Source: Emiliania huxleyi CCMP1516
Taxonomy: Eukaryota
Assembly: GCF_000372725.1 (NCBI RefSeq)
Contig: NW_005201412.1
Location: 201,643 to 265,642, forward strand
Direction: 5' to 3'
Length of the DNA: 64,000 bases
A program made the position numbers and the translations under genes. Below the pieces are notes generated by a model that was given only the letters and a program-made list of their open reading frames with translations, was not told where the DNA came from and did not search any database. Below are positions 1 to 11,598 of this stretch, one piece after another (position 1 is the stretch's first letter; every line of letters begins with the position of its first letter).

Positions 1-30
1 AGCTCAAGCAGGAATGGCGGAAGAGGAGAC

Positions 31-975
31 CTAGAGAATGGTCCTCGGGGCCTGGAGAGCGAAAGGGGGCGTCGGGGAGGGCAACTTTGTCGGAGGCGGT
101 GTGGAAGGTGGCACAGACGGCGGTGCGGAGGGTGGGGTGGAGGGCGGGGTGGAGGGCGGAACGACGGGTGGCGTGGAGGGTGGCGTAGGTGGTGGCTCAG
201 CGGGCGGCTTGGAGGGTGGCGTGGACGGTGGCTGAGAGGGGGGGGTGGAGGGTGGCTTAGAGGGCGGTGGTGGCGTCGGTGGCGGCGGTGACGGGGGCGG
301 CATCGATGGCGGCGGGGACACGGAGCACTCGGTGCAGCTAGAGCAGCCGTTCCAGCTGCAGAGCATATCCCACCGGTCCGTCTTGACCGCACAGTAGGGC
401 TTGCACGCATTGCACACGTCCCCGCAGGCCGAGCAGCCGTTCCATGAGCACTTTACCGACCAAGGTTGCGTCTTGGTCTCACAGAACGGCTTGCACTCGG
501 ACTCGGCGCCGCACTCGGAGCAGCCGTTGCAGCCCTGCCAGGTGCACTTGTCACCCCAGGCCTGTGTTTTGTCCTCACAATACGGCTTGCACGCCGGCGC
601 AGGGAGAGAGCACTCGATGCAGCCCTTGCAGCCCTCCCAGGTGCACTTGTCATCCCATGCCTGCGTCTTGTCCTCACAGAATGGCTTGCACTCGGACTCG
701 GCGCCGCACTCGGTGCAGCCGCCGCAGCCCGCCCAGCTGCATCGGTTGTCCCAGGGTTGCGTCTTTGCTTCACAGAAGCCCTGGCATTGTGGTCGGCTTG
801 CAGGCGCTGGCGGGACGTAGCATTCGCTGCAACCGTCGCAGCCATTCCAGGTGCAGAGCGACTCCCACGGGTCGGTCTTCTTCTCACAGAAGGGATTGCA
901 CGAGCCAGACACCCCTCCTACGAGCTGCAGCAAAGCAAGGAGGGGCGCTTCCCGACCGGCTCTGCTGCCCAGCAT
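31..975 (-). CDS. Secreted cysteine-rich repeat protein with Pro/Ser/Thr-rich C-terminal region
   Basis: Hydrophobic signal-like N-terminus (PLLALLQLVGGVSG); six copies of a 6-Cys unit resembling CKPFCEDKTQAWDDKCTWEGCKGCSEC; PPSTPP-repeat tail. Confidence 0.8.
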   Translation of the reverse strand: MLGSRAGREAPLLALLQLVGGVSGSCNPFCEKKTDPWESLCTWNGCDGCSECYVPPAPASRPQCQGFCEAKTQPWDNRCSWAGCGGCTECGAESECKPFCEDKTQAWDDKCTWEGCKGCIECSLPAPACKPYCEDKTQAWGDKCTWQGCNGCSECGAESECKPFCETKTQPWSVKCSWNGCSACGDVCNACKPYCAVKTDRWDMLCSWNGCSSCTECSVSPPPSMPPPSPPPPTPPPPSKPPSTPPSQPPSTPPSKPPAEPPPTPPSTPPVVPPSTPPSTPPSAPPSVPPSTPPPTKLPSPTPPFALQAPRTIL

Positions 976-1030
976 CGGACAGCGACTATCTTATAAAGGG
1001 CCGACCCAAAAGTTTTTTGACCAAAGAAGT

Positions 1031-1215
1031 TTCAGTGGACTTTTACGTAGATTCCCGTAGGAGGACTCTGCTGACAGGGTTTGCGACGAGGAGCGACCCG
1101 AAGGGTTTCTCGGAGGTTAGTGCACCACTAACCGCCGAAGCGCAAGCGCTGGGAGCAAGAACACTGCGACGTATCGGTCGGGCTCATACTAGCACCCCCA
1201 CGAGCCGACGTTCTG
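1031..1215. repeat. Dispersed repeat family A (copy 1)
   Basis: Near-identical inverted copy at ~46966-47152; partial copies at ~17015-17085 and ~57504-57543; contains the hairpin GGTTAGTG-CAC-CACTAACC. Confidence 0.85.
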
Positions 1216-1550
1216 GCTCAGCGAGGTTGCTGCGGAGCACTCGCGGACCGGTTCTTCTGGTCCAGCGAGGCCGCTGCGGGGCACCGGGTGGCTCGGGTCA
1301 CATTTTACCAGACGTCAATTTGGAGCGCCCGTCCGGGAGGCTGCCGGCGGCCTTCTCTCGAGGTCTCGAGATACACAAAGCGCCAGGCGGTGCCAGCACT
1401 GAACCGTCTCCGGATTTCTCCCGCATAGGTCTAGCGCAGGCCCGCGGACCTTTCGATCAAGATAAAATTGGGTACAATCGCGTAACATTAATATCGCGCT
1501 GCCACCATGGGGCCACCTTTGCCGCGCGCATCACGCACACACACGTTGGA

Positions 1551-2300
1551 CTCGATCGTCTCGCCCTCCCTCACTGGTGTGTTCATTGGGGGGGGTCATA
1601 ACAAACACGGTACAGGATCGAGGTGCACGCTGCCAAGGCAGTGACCAGTGTCGTCCCCCCTCTCCCCGACGGCGATGGCGGTGTGACCGATCGAGCTACA
1701 AGAAAATTAGATATTCTTATCTTTTTGCCCCCCTCCGAGACTGGAGACACCCACACCCCAGTATCAGACCAGGGGGACTGCCCCCCGCCCCCGCTTGCCC
1801 TGACTGCACAGGATAGCGTGCCCCAATTGGCGACACATAGCGGGGGACACTGCGCAAGGAGGGGGTGCGTCGCCTTTCTTTGTCCTCTCGAGGGAATGTT
1901 CTCTCGACGCCCATGGCCTTTTCTGAGGTTTCGTACTAATGACGTCCTTCTTGGCACTTCGGGCGTCGGTTGTGCGTATCTGTGGTGTCTATTTCCCTCG
2001 GTAATGTGTTACGGGTATCGGTCGCTGAGTGGACGCTATCTCTAACCATTTGATCTACGTTTGCCGACTTCGGCCGTCGGCCTCTCGATGGTCGAGTGGC
2101 TTCCGGATCGAATCGGCGACTATGACCCTTATAATTTTTTCACATCTGAGCGGGCCCAATTTTGCTCAGATGCACCTCCGAATTCGAAATCGCGTCCTCA
2201 CGCTTAGCGCTTGGTGTGCGTCCGTTTTTCGTCACGGGTGTACGATCGAGCTACAAGAGGAACTTGTTCAGCAGGATCCGGAGTGGCCAGATGCACTACC
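1551..2300. repeat. Dispersed repeat family D, interrupted here by element C
   Basis: 1551-1703 plus 2259-2280 match the reverse complement of ~57815-58005, where the element C insertion is absent. Confidence 0.85.
1704..2238 (+). mobile_element. SINE-like element C copy 1 with 16-bp TSD
   Basis: CGATCGAGCTACAAGA at 1688-1703 and 2243-2258; same termini as copy 2 (AAATTAGATATTCTTATC...TTTTTCGTCACGGG); empty site at ~57836-57851. Confidence 0.85.
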
Positions 2301-2776
2301 TCACTGGGCATGAGACCATCGTACGACGCATCCATCACCGTCTCGGATTTGTGTGGAGTCAGATACATACTTGCGCGACACGCACACCGACTGTAACCCC
2401 GAGGCAAGGGCGTATGCACATCTAGCAGGCCCGCGCCACGATGGTGGAACAGACTGGCACGCACATGATCCACAGTGGTGGCCCATGGTGTTGTGCACAC
2501 TGCCCCCACACGTTGGGAAGCCCTCACTTCGCAAAAAATCACACGAGACGCTTGGGCAGGGCTGTTTATCCCGTGGTGGTGTCACGGTTCCCTCACTCAC
2601 ACGAGACGCAAAAAATCACACGAGGGGAACCTGTGGACGTACGTGTCGAGGGGACCGAAAGAACTCTTAAAATACAAGCCACCGAAAGAAGAATTTTACA
2701 AAAAATTCCCTCGCACGACACTGGGGTAGTGGAGAGGGAGGAGCAGGAGGAGAGAGTGAGAGAGGAGAGCCTGTGA

Positions 2777-2858
2777 GCCTTGGCACCAGCCAGGCGGTTG
2801 ATTTGGCCTTGGCACCAGCCTTGGCGGTTGGATTTGGCCTTGGCACCAGCCTTGGCGG
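2777..2858. repeat. ~30-bp tandem repeat (GCCTTGGCACCAGCC...GGCGGTTGATTTG), about 2.7 copies
   Basis: Directly visible. Confidence 0.85.
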
Positions 2859-3468
2859 GCGGGCACGCGATATGCACAGGCGCCAAGGGGCGCAGCACCG
2901 ACCTAACCCGTCGGAGGTGGGGGGAAGGGAGTCCCCCGGGTCCTGCGCGAGCGCGAGAGTAACCCCAGGAGGGCCAAGATGAGCGGTGCGCGCAGGGGTC
3001 GGCGTCCCAGAGCAGCTCGGCGAGGGAAGCGGTCCGCGGTCTGCCGGTCTCTCTCTATATAAAGAGAGTAGGGCCACCGAGAGTACAACGTCAACTTGTT
3101 ACCGCACTAATCCCGCGCCCCGGTTTTTTCGCCAGCCTAGTGCGTTCGGTTGATTGAGGAAACCCCTCGAGTTGCTGCTTAGTCGCGTGCGCGTATGCTC
3201 GCTGTCGTTGCAGTCTCTGGAGGCTGCGCCGCGGCTCCCGAGCGGCGCGTGACCCGTGCCAGTTTTGGTAAGGTTTTGCGCACCCTCTCAACTGACTCCC
3301 TGAGGCAGGGTGGCGCGGGTGCGGGGTGGCTCGGCAGCTCGGCGGGAGGCCTCCGACCCGGCTACCTTGTGCTGTTGAAGTTGCTGCAGGAGACGCCGAT
3401 GACGATGGCGCTGTCCTCGCGGCTGACCAGCGTCCGGGCTCGCTGGCGCGCCGCCCGGGATAGCACTG

Positions 3469-3524
3469 ACAGTCTGCCGGCGCAGCGGGCGCATTCGAAT
3501 GCGCCCGCCGCGCCGGCAGACTGT
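3469..3524. repeat. 56-bp palindrome (28-bp arms, one mismatch, no loop)
   Basis: ACAGTCTGCCGGCGCAGCGGGCGCATTC|GAATGCGCCCGCCGCGCCGGCAGACTGT. Confidence 0.95.
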
Positions 3525-4008
3525 TGGACGGCCACAGTCGCGAAAGTGGGGTGAAATCCGTGCGGCGCAGTGGCAGCGGTGGCCAGGCGGCCCCTCTCGG
3601 GGCCGCGTTGCGCAGGCGCGCCGCGCCATGAGCGGCGACCGTGGTGAGAACGCGATGTGCCACTTGCTCTCACTTAGCAGCTAACTATGATAGAACAAGT
3701 TTGAAAACCTGAGCGAAAAAACCGGGGGTCGGGATTAGTGCGCGGTACAAGAGAGCTCGGCCGCGGTGTGCTGTGAGCGGACGCGAGAAGTAGGACGAGC
3801 GCCGCGAGCGCGCTGCGCGCTGTCTCACACAATACTAACGATTGCATTTCTTCTCTCGCACTCGCCAGCAGCCATGGTGGACGTCGCCGTGTGTAACGCA
3901 GATAATCCCGCACAGCCGGTGAAGCGGAACAAGGCAAAACCATAAGCAATCGTGCGATCGATCTGCGCCATCGAGCACTCGCCATCCCTCTGAGTGGAGA
4001 GCATCGCA

Positions 4009-4989
4009 TCATGATGTAGCCTCTAGCTGCGGGTGGCGGCTGCGGCGCGGGTCTCTCCACCACCTCGCGAGGACAGCGTGCAGCGCTGCGAGACATCGAG
4101 CCGGCGAACGCGCCTTCTTGAACGCGGAGCATAGGTCAAGGCCTTCAACAAACTCGCGCACCCGGCTTGCGAGGCCTCTCGCGCCGCGCCAAGCACGGCG
4201 AAGGCTGCTGCGTATCACCTTTGAGAGGGCCCCACCCCTGAGTCTCGCCTCACGCCCCGACGCCGCCGACGCCTCCCACTCGGCCTCGGAGGAGACGGAG
4301 CCGAGCGGCAGGCGGTGGTGCAAGCGGACCACCAGCCGAATCCACCGCTCGACGAGGCGTGCGCGCGCTCGCTCAAAGCGCTCCGCGCCACGCAGCCCGA
4401 CGGCGTGGCCCACCGCGTTGACCTTCCAGTGCAAACGGTAGATGGCGGACTGCAGCAGATTCGTGGCGATCCCGACGCAGCGGGACGGTCGTTCTCGGAC
4501 CGCCGCTGTCAGTCGCTGGCGGAGCGCAGGCCGCAGGGCTAGCAGCGCGGGCTGCAGCTCGCGACGGTGTACGCTCAGCCGCTCCTCGAAGGGCGGCGAC
4601 GGCAGGAGCAGCGGAGCGGCCGAGCCGAGGCACTCTCGCAGCCTGAGGAGAATGACGTCAGAGGAGAAGGACACCGCCCACAGCATCAATGGCGCTCTGT
4701 GGCGCGCGCTTTCGGCCACCAGCGCGAGCGCCTCGCTCGCCGTCCTCTCTCTGCAGGCATGCCAGAGGCTGCGAGCGTCGAGCTGTACTAGCTCGATGAC
4801 ACTGGTCAGTGCCGTCGCGCTGAGCCCGACGGCTGGGGCCGCGACAGCAGAGGGAGGCCGCTGCCAGACCAAGGCACGCTGCACACCGAATATCACAGCC
4901 ATGGCGGCGATAGCGAGTGAACGCCGGGGCGGGCGCGGCTCTGCGGCGCCGCTGTGCAATGGGAGCACGAGTTGCAGCCGAGACGCCAC
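4009..4989 (-). CDS. Hypothetical protein
   Basis: 326-aa ORF with protein-like composition and a hydrophobic N-terminal segment; no family recognised; start codon uncertain. Confidence 0.4.
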   Translation of the reverse strand: MASRLQLVLPLHSGAAEPRPPRRSLAIAAMAVIFGVQRALVWQRPPSAVAAPAVGLSATALTSVIELVQLDARSLWHACRERTASEALALVAESARHRAPLMLWAVSFSSDVILLRLRECLGSAAPLLLPSPPFEERLSVHRRELQPALLALRPALRQRLTAAVRERPSRCVGIATNLLQSAIYRLHWKVNAVGHAVGLRGAERFERARARLVERWIRLVVRLHHRLPLGSVSSEAEWEASAASGREARLRGGALSKVIRSSLRRAWRGARGLASRVREFVEGLDLCSAFKKARSPARCLAALHAVLARWWRDPRRSRHPQLEATS

Positions 4990-5215
4990 GCAGTGTCAAC
5001 GGCCCCTCTCCAGGGGGCGGTCACTGGGGGCGCCCGCCGAAATTTCTGCATGTGAGGTTGATAACCGCACTCCTTGTGCGCTGGCGCCCTCTACTCCTCC
5101 TTCCCCCCTCCTTGGCAGGATACTGTGGTCTGTGCTTGATCCGATCGAAGTGGTTTGAGTCTCCACTTTCTTCCTCTGTAAAAAGAAACACCCGAGGCTC
5201 CATTCCCCCAAACAA

Positions 5216-5744
5216 AAATTAGATATTCTTATCTTTTTGCCCCCCTCCGAGACTAGGCTCTAGGGACAGAACCACACCAGTATAGACCAGAGGGACTGCG
5301 CCTCGCCCCCGCTTGCCCTGACTGCACAGGATAGCGTGCCCCGATTACGGCGACACATAGCGGGGGACACTGCGCAAGGAGGGGGTGCGTCGACTTTCTT
5401 TTGTCCTCTCGGGGGAATGTTCTCTCGGCGCCCATGGCCTTCTGAGGTTTCGTACTAAAGACGTCCTTCTTGGCACTTCGGGCGTCGGTGTGTGCGTATC
5501 TGTGGTGTCTAATTCCTCCGGTATGCTACATAGGTTTCCCGAGCTGAGAGTGAGACCTCCTCAACCCCAGCGTATCTTGCTGAAAGCCTTCCGCTGGCGG
5601 GAGGTCCCCAGTTCGAAACCTGGTCGACCCTTATATCTTTTGTTCACACCTGAGCGGGCTCAATCTTGCTCAGATGCTCCTACGAATTCGAAATCGTGTC
5701 CTCACGCTTAGCGCTTGTGGTGTGTGTTCGTTTTTCGTCACGGG
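5216..5744 (+). mobile_element. SINE-like element C copy 2 with 18-23-bp TSD
   Basis: CTCCATTCCCCCAAACAAAAATT at 5198-5220 and 5746-5768; both arms align with copy 1. Confidence 0.85.
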
Positions 5745-6345
5745 ACTCCATTCCCCCAAACAAAAATTGAGCGCCCAGTGGCCCACACTGCCAGATCGCC
5801 ACAGCCCACAGGGGCGACAGGGGTGTGTGTTCGAAGTGTGTGCAGTGAATCTGGCAGTGTGTAGCGCCTAGCGCGTGTACGGCTTTAGCACCTTCGACCC
5901 GGCGAAATGACAAATGTAGGTCACCACACCAAACCGGGCGCTAGGTTGGATCCCTTAGCAAGTGCTCCAAGTGCCCCAGTCAGCGGTTCCTTCCCGGGGA
6001 GCGGGAGGTGTGCATCTTTCCCTTCTCTGGCCTCTCCCGTCCCTGAGCGACAGCGCGGGGCTCTGTCTGCGGAGGCAGACCCGGGCCTCTCTCTCTGGAC
6101 TCTGCGCGCGAGCGGTATATCGTGCGGTGAACACCGGTGGAAGCAGTTTCCAGTTAGGAGTGACGTACACACAAAACTTTAAAGCTCGACGAATGTGTTC
6201 ACGCGCACGGACGGCGGTGCGCGTGGCATGGTGGCTGGCGAGAGCCTCGAGGCCAGGCGCGTGGCGGCACTGAGAGTGTGTGACGCACCTCAAGGTTGGC
6301 CTTACAGAGGAGTGTGACCCACGGTGCTCGCAAGACGGAGCGCGC

Positions 6346-9300
6346 TCAGCTCGAGAGGGCCTTCTCCAGCTCAGCGCGGTTCTCCTCGGACAGGAGCGCG
6401 AATTTGGGGTGCGACGGCAGCTGCTGGAGCACCTGCGGCAGCCCGCTGTGCACCTGCGCGGCGAGAGGCGGAGAGGGAGGGTGAGGGGGTGCGGCCGACC
6501 GGGAGGGGCCAGGCCGCGTCCGCGTCCGCGCCTGCTTGAGGAGGTGCCCGATCCGCGGCAGGTACTCGTCGGCGATCAGGTCGGTGCCGAGCAGCCGGCC
6601 AAAGACACAGATCACGTCAGGCAGCCGCTCGTGGTTCGCGCCGAGGAGCTGCGTGTTCGACTTTTCGACTTGCTCGCACAGCGTCGCGTGCACGTGCCGC
6701 GCCTCCTCCCGGTCGGCGCGCAGCGGCAGCGCCTCGAGCCAGCGCGGCCAGCCCACCGCGCCGATGGCGTCGGAGCGCTTGCAAATCTTGCCGAGCGCAG
6801 AAATGGCGTTGTCCGACGCCGAAGCGTGCTCCTCCTCCCACGCGCCCGGCGCGTCCACCGCGAGGACCAGCGCCTGCGCCGCCTGCTGCATCATCGCCTC
6901 GGTGAAGGTGGCGTCGTTGCACCGCTCGCCGAGCATCGCGATGCCGTACGCCGCCGCCTGCCGCACCTCGGTCGTCTCGTCGCCCATGTACTGCAGCAGC
7001 GCGGGGAAGATGCCGGCGATGTAGCGGCTCGAGCCGCCGTCGGCGGAGCAGTGCTCAATCACGTCGTCAAAGAGGCAGAGGGCGGCGGCGCGCGAGGAGG
7101 CGATCGCGGTGGGCTGCAGCATCTCGGACACGGTCGGCATCAGCAGCGAGTCAAAGTAGGGCAGGTAGCCCGACTGGTACACCTCGAAGAGCTTCCCCGC
7201 CGCCTCGACCAGCGACTGCATCACAATCTCCTCGCGCTCCGCCTCCCCCTCCAGCTGCTCCTCCTCCTCGTCGTCCACGTCCTCGTCGCCCCGCCGCCCC
7301 TCCCTCTCGTCCCGCCGCTCGTTGGACTCGCGCATCAGCATCTGCAGCACCTCTGTGCTCTTCTGGATCTGATCCGCGCTGAGCTTGGCGTGCTCGCAGC
7401 TGCCGCCGTGCGCGAGCAGCTCCCCGAAGGCCTCGAGCTGGCAGGCGAGCGTCTCCACGTCCGGCTCCGCCTTGAGCTGCTCCAGGATCGGCTCGAGCAT
7501 GAAGCAGAGCAGCTGGCTGACCAGCGCCGCCGACGCGCCGCTCGCCCCCTTAGCGAGGGCGAGGATGCACGAGTCGAGCAGCTCGGGCATCGCCATCATC
7601 GCGGCGGTGCGCACCTCGTCCATGTACTGGAACTTGATCAGCGGCACTAGGATGGTGGCCACCTCCTGCACGTACGGGAAGAAGGCCTCCTTGAGGTCGG
7701 CCACGTACGAGTGCAGCATGCTGCACGCCGTCGCCTTCTCCTCGAGCGCAGAGGTGCGGATGGTGATCCGCTTGTTGCCCTGCCCGCGGATGTTGACCGT
7801 CACGCTCTCCATCCCCTCCTCGTCCTCCTGGTCGCCGTCCTCGTCGTCCACGTCCGTCACGTGCAGCTCGGGGTCGAGCTGCGCCGACGCGAGCAGCGGC
7901 GGGATGACGAACGGCAGGTACGGCTGGAAGTGCTCGCCGAGGCACTTGCAGATGCGCGCGCAGGCTTGCAGCATGAAGGAGACCTGCGGGTCGTCCGTGT
8001 CGAGCTCGGCGCCCTGCTGCGTCTTGATGAGCAGCTCCATCACGTCCTTGGCGTCGGGGCCGAACTTGTCCTTGCCGACGGCGACGCCGATCAGCGAGAT
8101 GCACTCCATCGCCTTGCCGCGCAGCATGCGGTACTCCTTGCCGCCAGAGTTGCGCAGCAGCTCCTTGAGGCCGGGGATGAAGGCGTCGTAGAAGGGGACG
8201 AAGTCCTGCTCCGCCACGTCCGCCACCGACGCCACCGCCGTCACCGCCTGCTCCTGCACCCGCCGCTGGTTGGTCGAGAGCAGCTGCATCAGCTTGCCGA
8301 GCAGCCCCTGCAGGTACGGCCGCAGCGTCTTGCGCTCGCAGTGCTCGCAAAAGTTGATGACGGCGGCGGCCGCGTGGGCCTTGACGCGCTTGCAGCCGTC
8401 GTCCATCGCCGAGACGAGGGCGGGGAGGACGCACGAGTGCAGCTTGGCCTGCAGCTGCGGCCCAAAGTCGGTCGACATCTGGCCGATGGTGTTGATGGCC
8501 GCCCAGCGGACGCGCGGGTGGGCGTCGCCGAAGCGGGTGACGATGGTGGTGACGATGGGCTCGAGCTGCTTGGCCATCTGGGCCTCGCAGCCCTCGCCCG
8601 ACTGGGAGATGGCCATGAGCGCAGCGTGCCGCTTCTTCCAGTCGTCCGACGGGAACCACTCCTGGATGATTCCGAAGAGGACGGGCATCATCGCCTTTCC
8701 GCCGAGCGCGATGGCGAGCCGGTCGAGCGCCTCCTCGCCAACGTCGTAGTTGGTCACCTCGGTGTCCTCCTCGTCCTCGTCCTCGTCCTCCCACTCCTGC
8801 AGCTCCTGCGCCGTGTCGCACTCCAGCTCGAGCATCATCGCCAGCGCGACCGGCACCGTGTCGGCGCAGAAGCGAGGCATCTTGCGCGCGAGCGTCGGCG
8901 CGCCCTCGGCGATCGTCAGCAGAAACTCGAGCGCGAGGTGGCGCAGCGAGTCGTCGAGCGACGTGTTGGAGGCGATCGCGATCATGCCTACGGGGCGTGT
9001 CACGGCCGCGTCACGGCCGAGCCGTCGACGCACGCGAGCGGCCGGCGGGGTGCGAGCGCGCCGGTGACGCACTCGGCAAGGTGCCTCTTCAGAAACTTGG
9101 TCTGCGACTCGGCAACCTCGACGAAGACCTCGAGCGCCTCGCGGCACTCGTCCTCCATGCCGCGCGCGAGCGCGTCCGAGATGGTCTGCAGCATCAGCGG
9201 CACCAGCTCCTGGAACGGCACCCGCTGTGACGGCTCCGAGAGCGCCATCAGAAAGGAGGCGAGCGCGCGCAGCGCCGCGTTGCGGACGGACAGCTCCTGC

Positions 9301-10004
9301 TGCGCCTGCAGCGAGGAGCGGAAGACGTCGAGGAGCATGCCGTGGTGCGCGGCCATCTTCTCGGCGATGAACTCGGACAGCGTGTTGAAGATGGCGAGCG
9401 CCGCCTGCGAGGAGAGGGTCCGGCGACGCTCAGGCAGTGCCTCCGTGCGCCGCGGCCGGGCGGGGCGCAGCGCCACCTCGTGCAGCGGCACGTTGGTCGA
9501 GCGGGTGCCCTCGAGCATCCACGGGAAGAGCTCGGGCCAGCCGGACGGGTCGTTGCTCATGATGTTGATGGCCAGCTGCCCCACCACATCCGACGCCTTT
9601 TTCCGGATGGACCGCTGCGGCTCCTGCTCGATGCAGGCGAGGAGCTCGCTCTTGAGCAGCGCCTTGACCTGCGTCGAGACGGTCACTCCCTGCGCGTCGG
9701 CCGACTGCGCCAGCAGCCGGATGATCTCCTTGCGCAGCAGCACCGCCGCGAGCGAGCGCACCTACCACGCGCGCGCGCGCGTGGTGGGCGCCTGCCGGCC
9801 TGCGCAGAGGCTTGCGCAGCGGGGCACAAAACGCACCTGCTCGTCCTGGTTGCTGCGCAGCATGGCGATGAGCGCACTAAAAAGCGAGTCCGGCGCCTGC
9901 CGGGCCTGCGCGAGCGCCTCCTCCGCCTGGTTGCGCACGGCGTTGTCTGTGCTCATCAGAGCCCGCAGCATGGCCTCCATCTGCTGAAGCGCGACGTCCA
10001 CCAT
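6346..10004 (-). CDS. IPO5: Importin-5 / karyopherin beta-3 (PSE1/RanBP5 family), multi-exon
   Basis: HEAT repeats with family motifs DNAVRNQAE, HPRVRWAAINTIGQMSTDF, YRMLRGKAMECISLIGVAVGKDKF, IRTSALEEKATAC, ASDNAISALGK; introns at ~9763-9836, ~9405-9476, ~8987-9061 and 6454-6531 (GC-AG). Confidence 0.95.
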
Positions 10005-10212
10005 GGCGAGTGCGAGACGGAGTGTCCGCCTCCGCGCGCTGCGTGCCGGCGCCTCTGCGGGCTACCGAGAGCGCCTATGGTTGCGAGCAGAGGCGCGGCG
10101 TGAGAGCGCGTGAGAGCACGTGACAGCTCTCGCCGCGCGGGCTCGTACTCGTGCCTAGGCGTCCACGAAAAGTATTTCGTCCTGGTGTTCGGAGAGGTAG
10201 GCAGACCGCCCT

Positions 10213-10239
10213 TGGGTTGTCTGTTTTCTTTCTTTCTTT
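10213..10239 (+). mobile_element. 27-bp 5'-truncated retroposon 3' end (family B) with 12-bp TSD
   Basis: GCAGACCGCCCT at 10201-10212 and 10240-10251 flanks TGGGTTGTCTGTTTTCTTTCTTTCTTT, which is the family B 3' terminus. Confidence 0.85.
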
Positions 10240-11598
10240 GCAGACCGCCCTGGCGGACATGTTTACACTTCCGAGCTCAAGCCAGGCGCCGCAGGCCATA
10301 AAGAGGAGCGCAGATTAAAATGGCGCCGCAGGCTCCCCGGGCCGTCCGCGCTCCTCTATCTATCACACTTCACACACCGGGAAAAGTATTTGTGCTTGCT
10401 TGGCTGGACGGCGCGCGCAGCGCGCTGGACGGTCGTACGGACACATGTGTAAGAGCGCGCACGAGTGGGTGTGCGAGCATTACCGAAAGACGGTGAGGCC
10501 GGGATCGCACACGGCAGGGGTGGCGGGACGGTTGTGGAGCGAAGTGGCCGTAGCCAGCCTTAAACACCCATGCATGGGACAATAAGATGAGATTGCCAGA
10601 TGAGAATGGGGGGAAGGACAGGCGGGCGACATTTGACGACGTCGGGGGTCACAATGTGACGGCCAAAACGATCTTGGGACGTACGCTCCCTTCGGAGAGA
10701 GCCCCAGAGTCCTACCGCGCTCCGGATCCTCTTTAGCCAATCTCTGAGAGTTTGAGTGACTGGCTAGAGACGACGACGATGATACAGTTCATTGTCGTGC
10801 GAGGGAGCCATTGTAAAATTCTTGCACTCCCGACTCCAGTGTATCTACGTCTCGTCCTGGAAAGAATTCTTGACAACTGCCGCGTGCCGCGTGTCGAGAG
10901 CCTTACCGGGAAAAGAATTTTAAGGTCCTTCGGGCCACTTTCGGGGGGCAAACCCTGCCCGGCCCCTAGAACCCCAGGTAAGGCCCAGGTGTGGCCTAGG
11001 GCATCAGAAGGGACCAAGAGGAGTCCAGTCTGAGCCATAGAGCCCATGTCTTTGCCCCCAAAGGTCGCGTTCAAATGCCCGGAACGGCCGTTACAGTGGT
11101 GTCCGGCCGGCGCGATCACCGAGCTGTGACGCTCAGGGAAGCCCGATGAGGTGCTGGTTTCTTTGGCCAGGGCTGGCCTACGGCCCGTGCTGGATCAGCT
11201 GAGCAAGGTTTGGGGAGAATCCTATAGTAGGATCTTCAGATATTTTGACGGATGACCAAAATCACCCCTCGTAGGCTTTGCCTCTGCTCGCCACCGTTCC
11301 CAGGCTGCCTAATGGGATGGAAAGGAAGGCTGGGCGAGCGTATAGAAGCGTGCTCGACCTCGTCGTGGCAACCTGCACGGCAGCGCTGGCAGGCGCGATG
11401 AGCGTCGTGCCACTTGACCGGAGACGGGTCGCAGGCGTCGTACCGAGCGCGTCGAGACCGTGTCCTGATGTGATCTGCACGGGTGAGTCACGTCGGCGTC
11501 AAAGGAGCGACGTGCGACCTGTCAGAGCTTGATCTCCGATCTCAGCGGCGTCGAGTCGTCTCCGGCGCGCGACACTATTGTACCTCCCCAGGACGCGC

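Noticed and set aside
2020..2122. tRNA gene in the element C centre (TGGTCGAGTGG, GGATCGAATC; GTTCGAAACC in copy 2)
   Set aside because: No cloverleaf can be built, box spacing is wrong, and the motifs are not shared between copies
1704..2238. HDV-like or hammerhead ribozyme, or group II intron, in element C
   Set aside because: Could not assemble P1-P4 with J4/2, CUGANGA/GAAA cores or domain V by eye
2471..2725. Possible Transib/CACTA-like MITE (CACAGTG...CACTG, repeated AAAAAATCACACGAG)
   Set aside because: No convincing TIR pair or TSD
7711..9987. Long plus-strand ORFs opposite IPO5 (and similar ORFs opposite other genes)
   Set aside because: Antisense shadows caused by high GC3 codon bias
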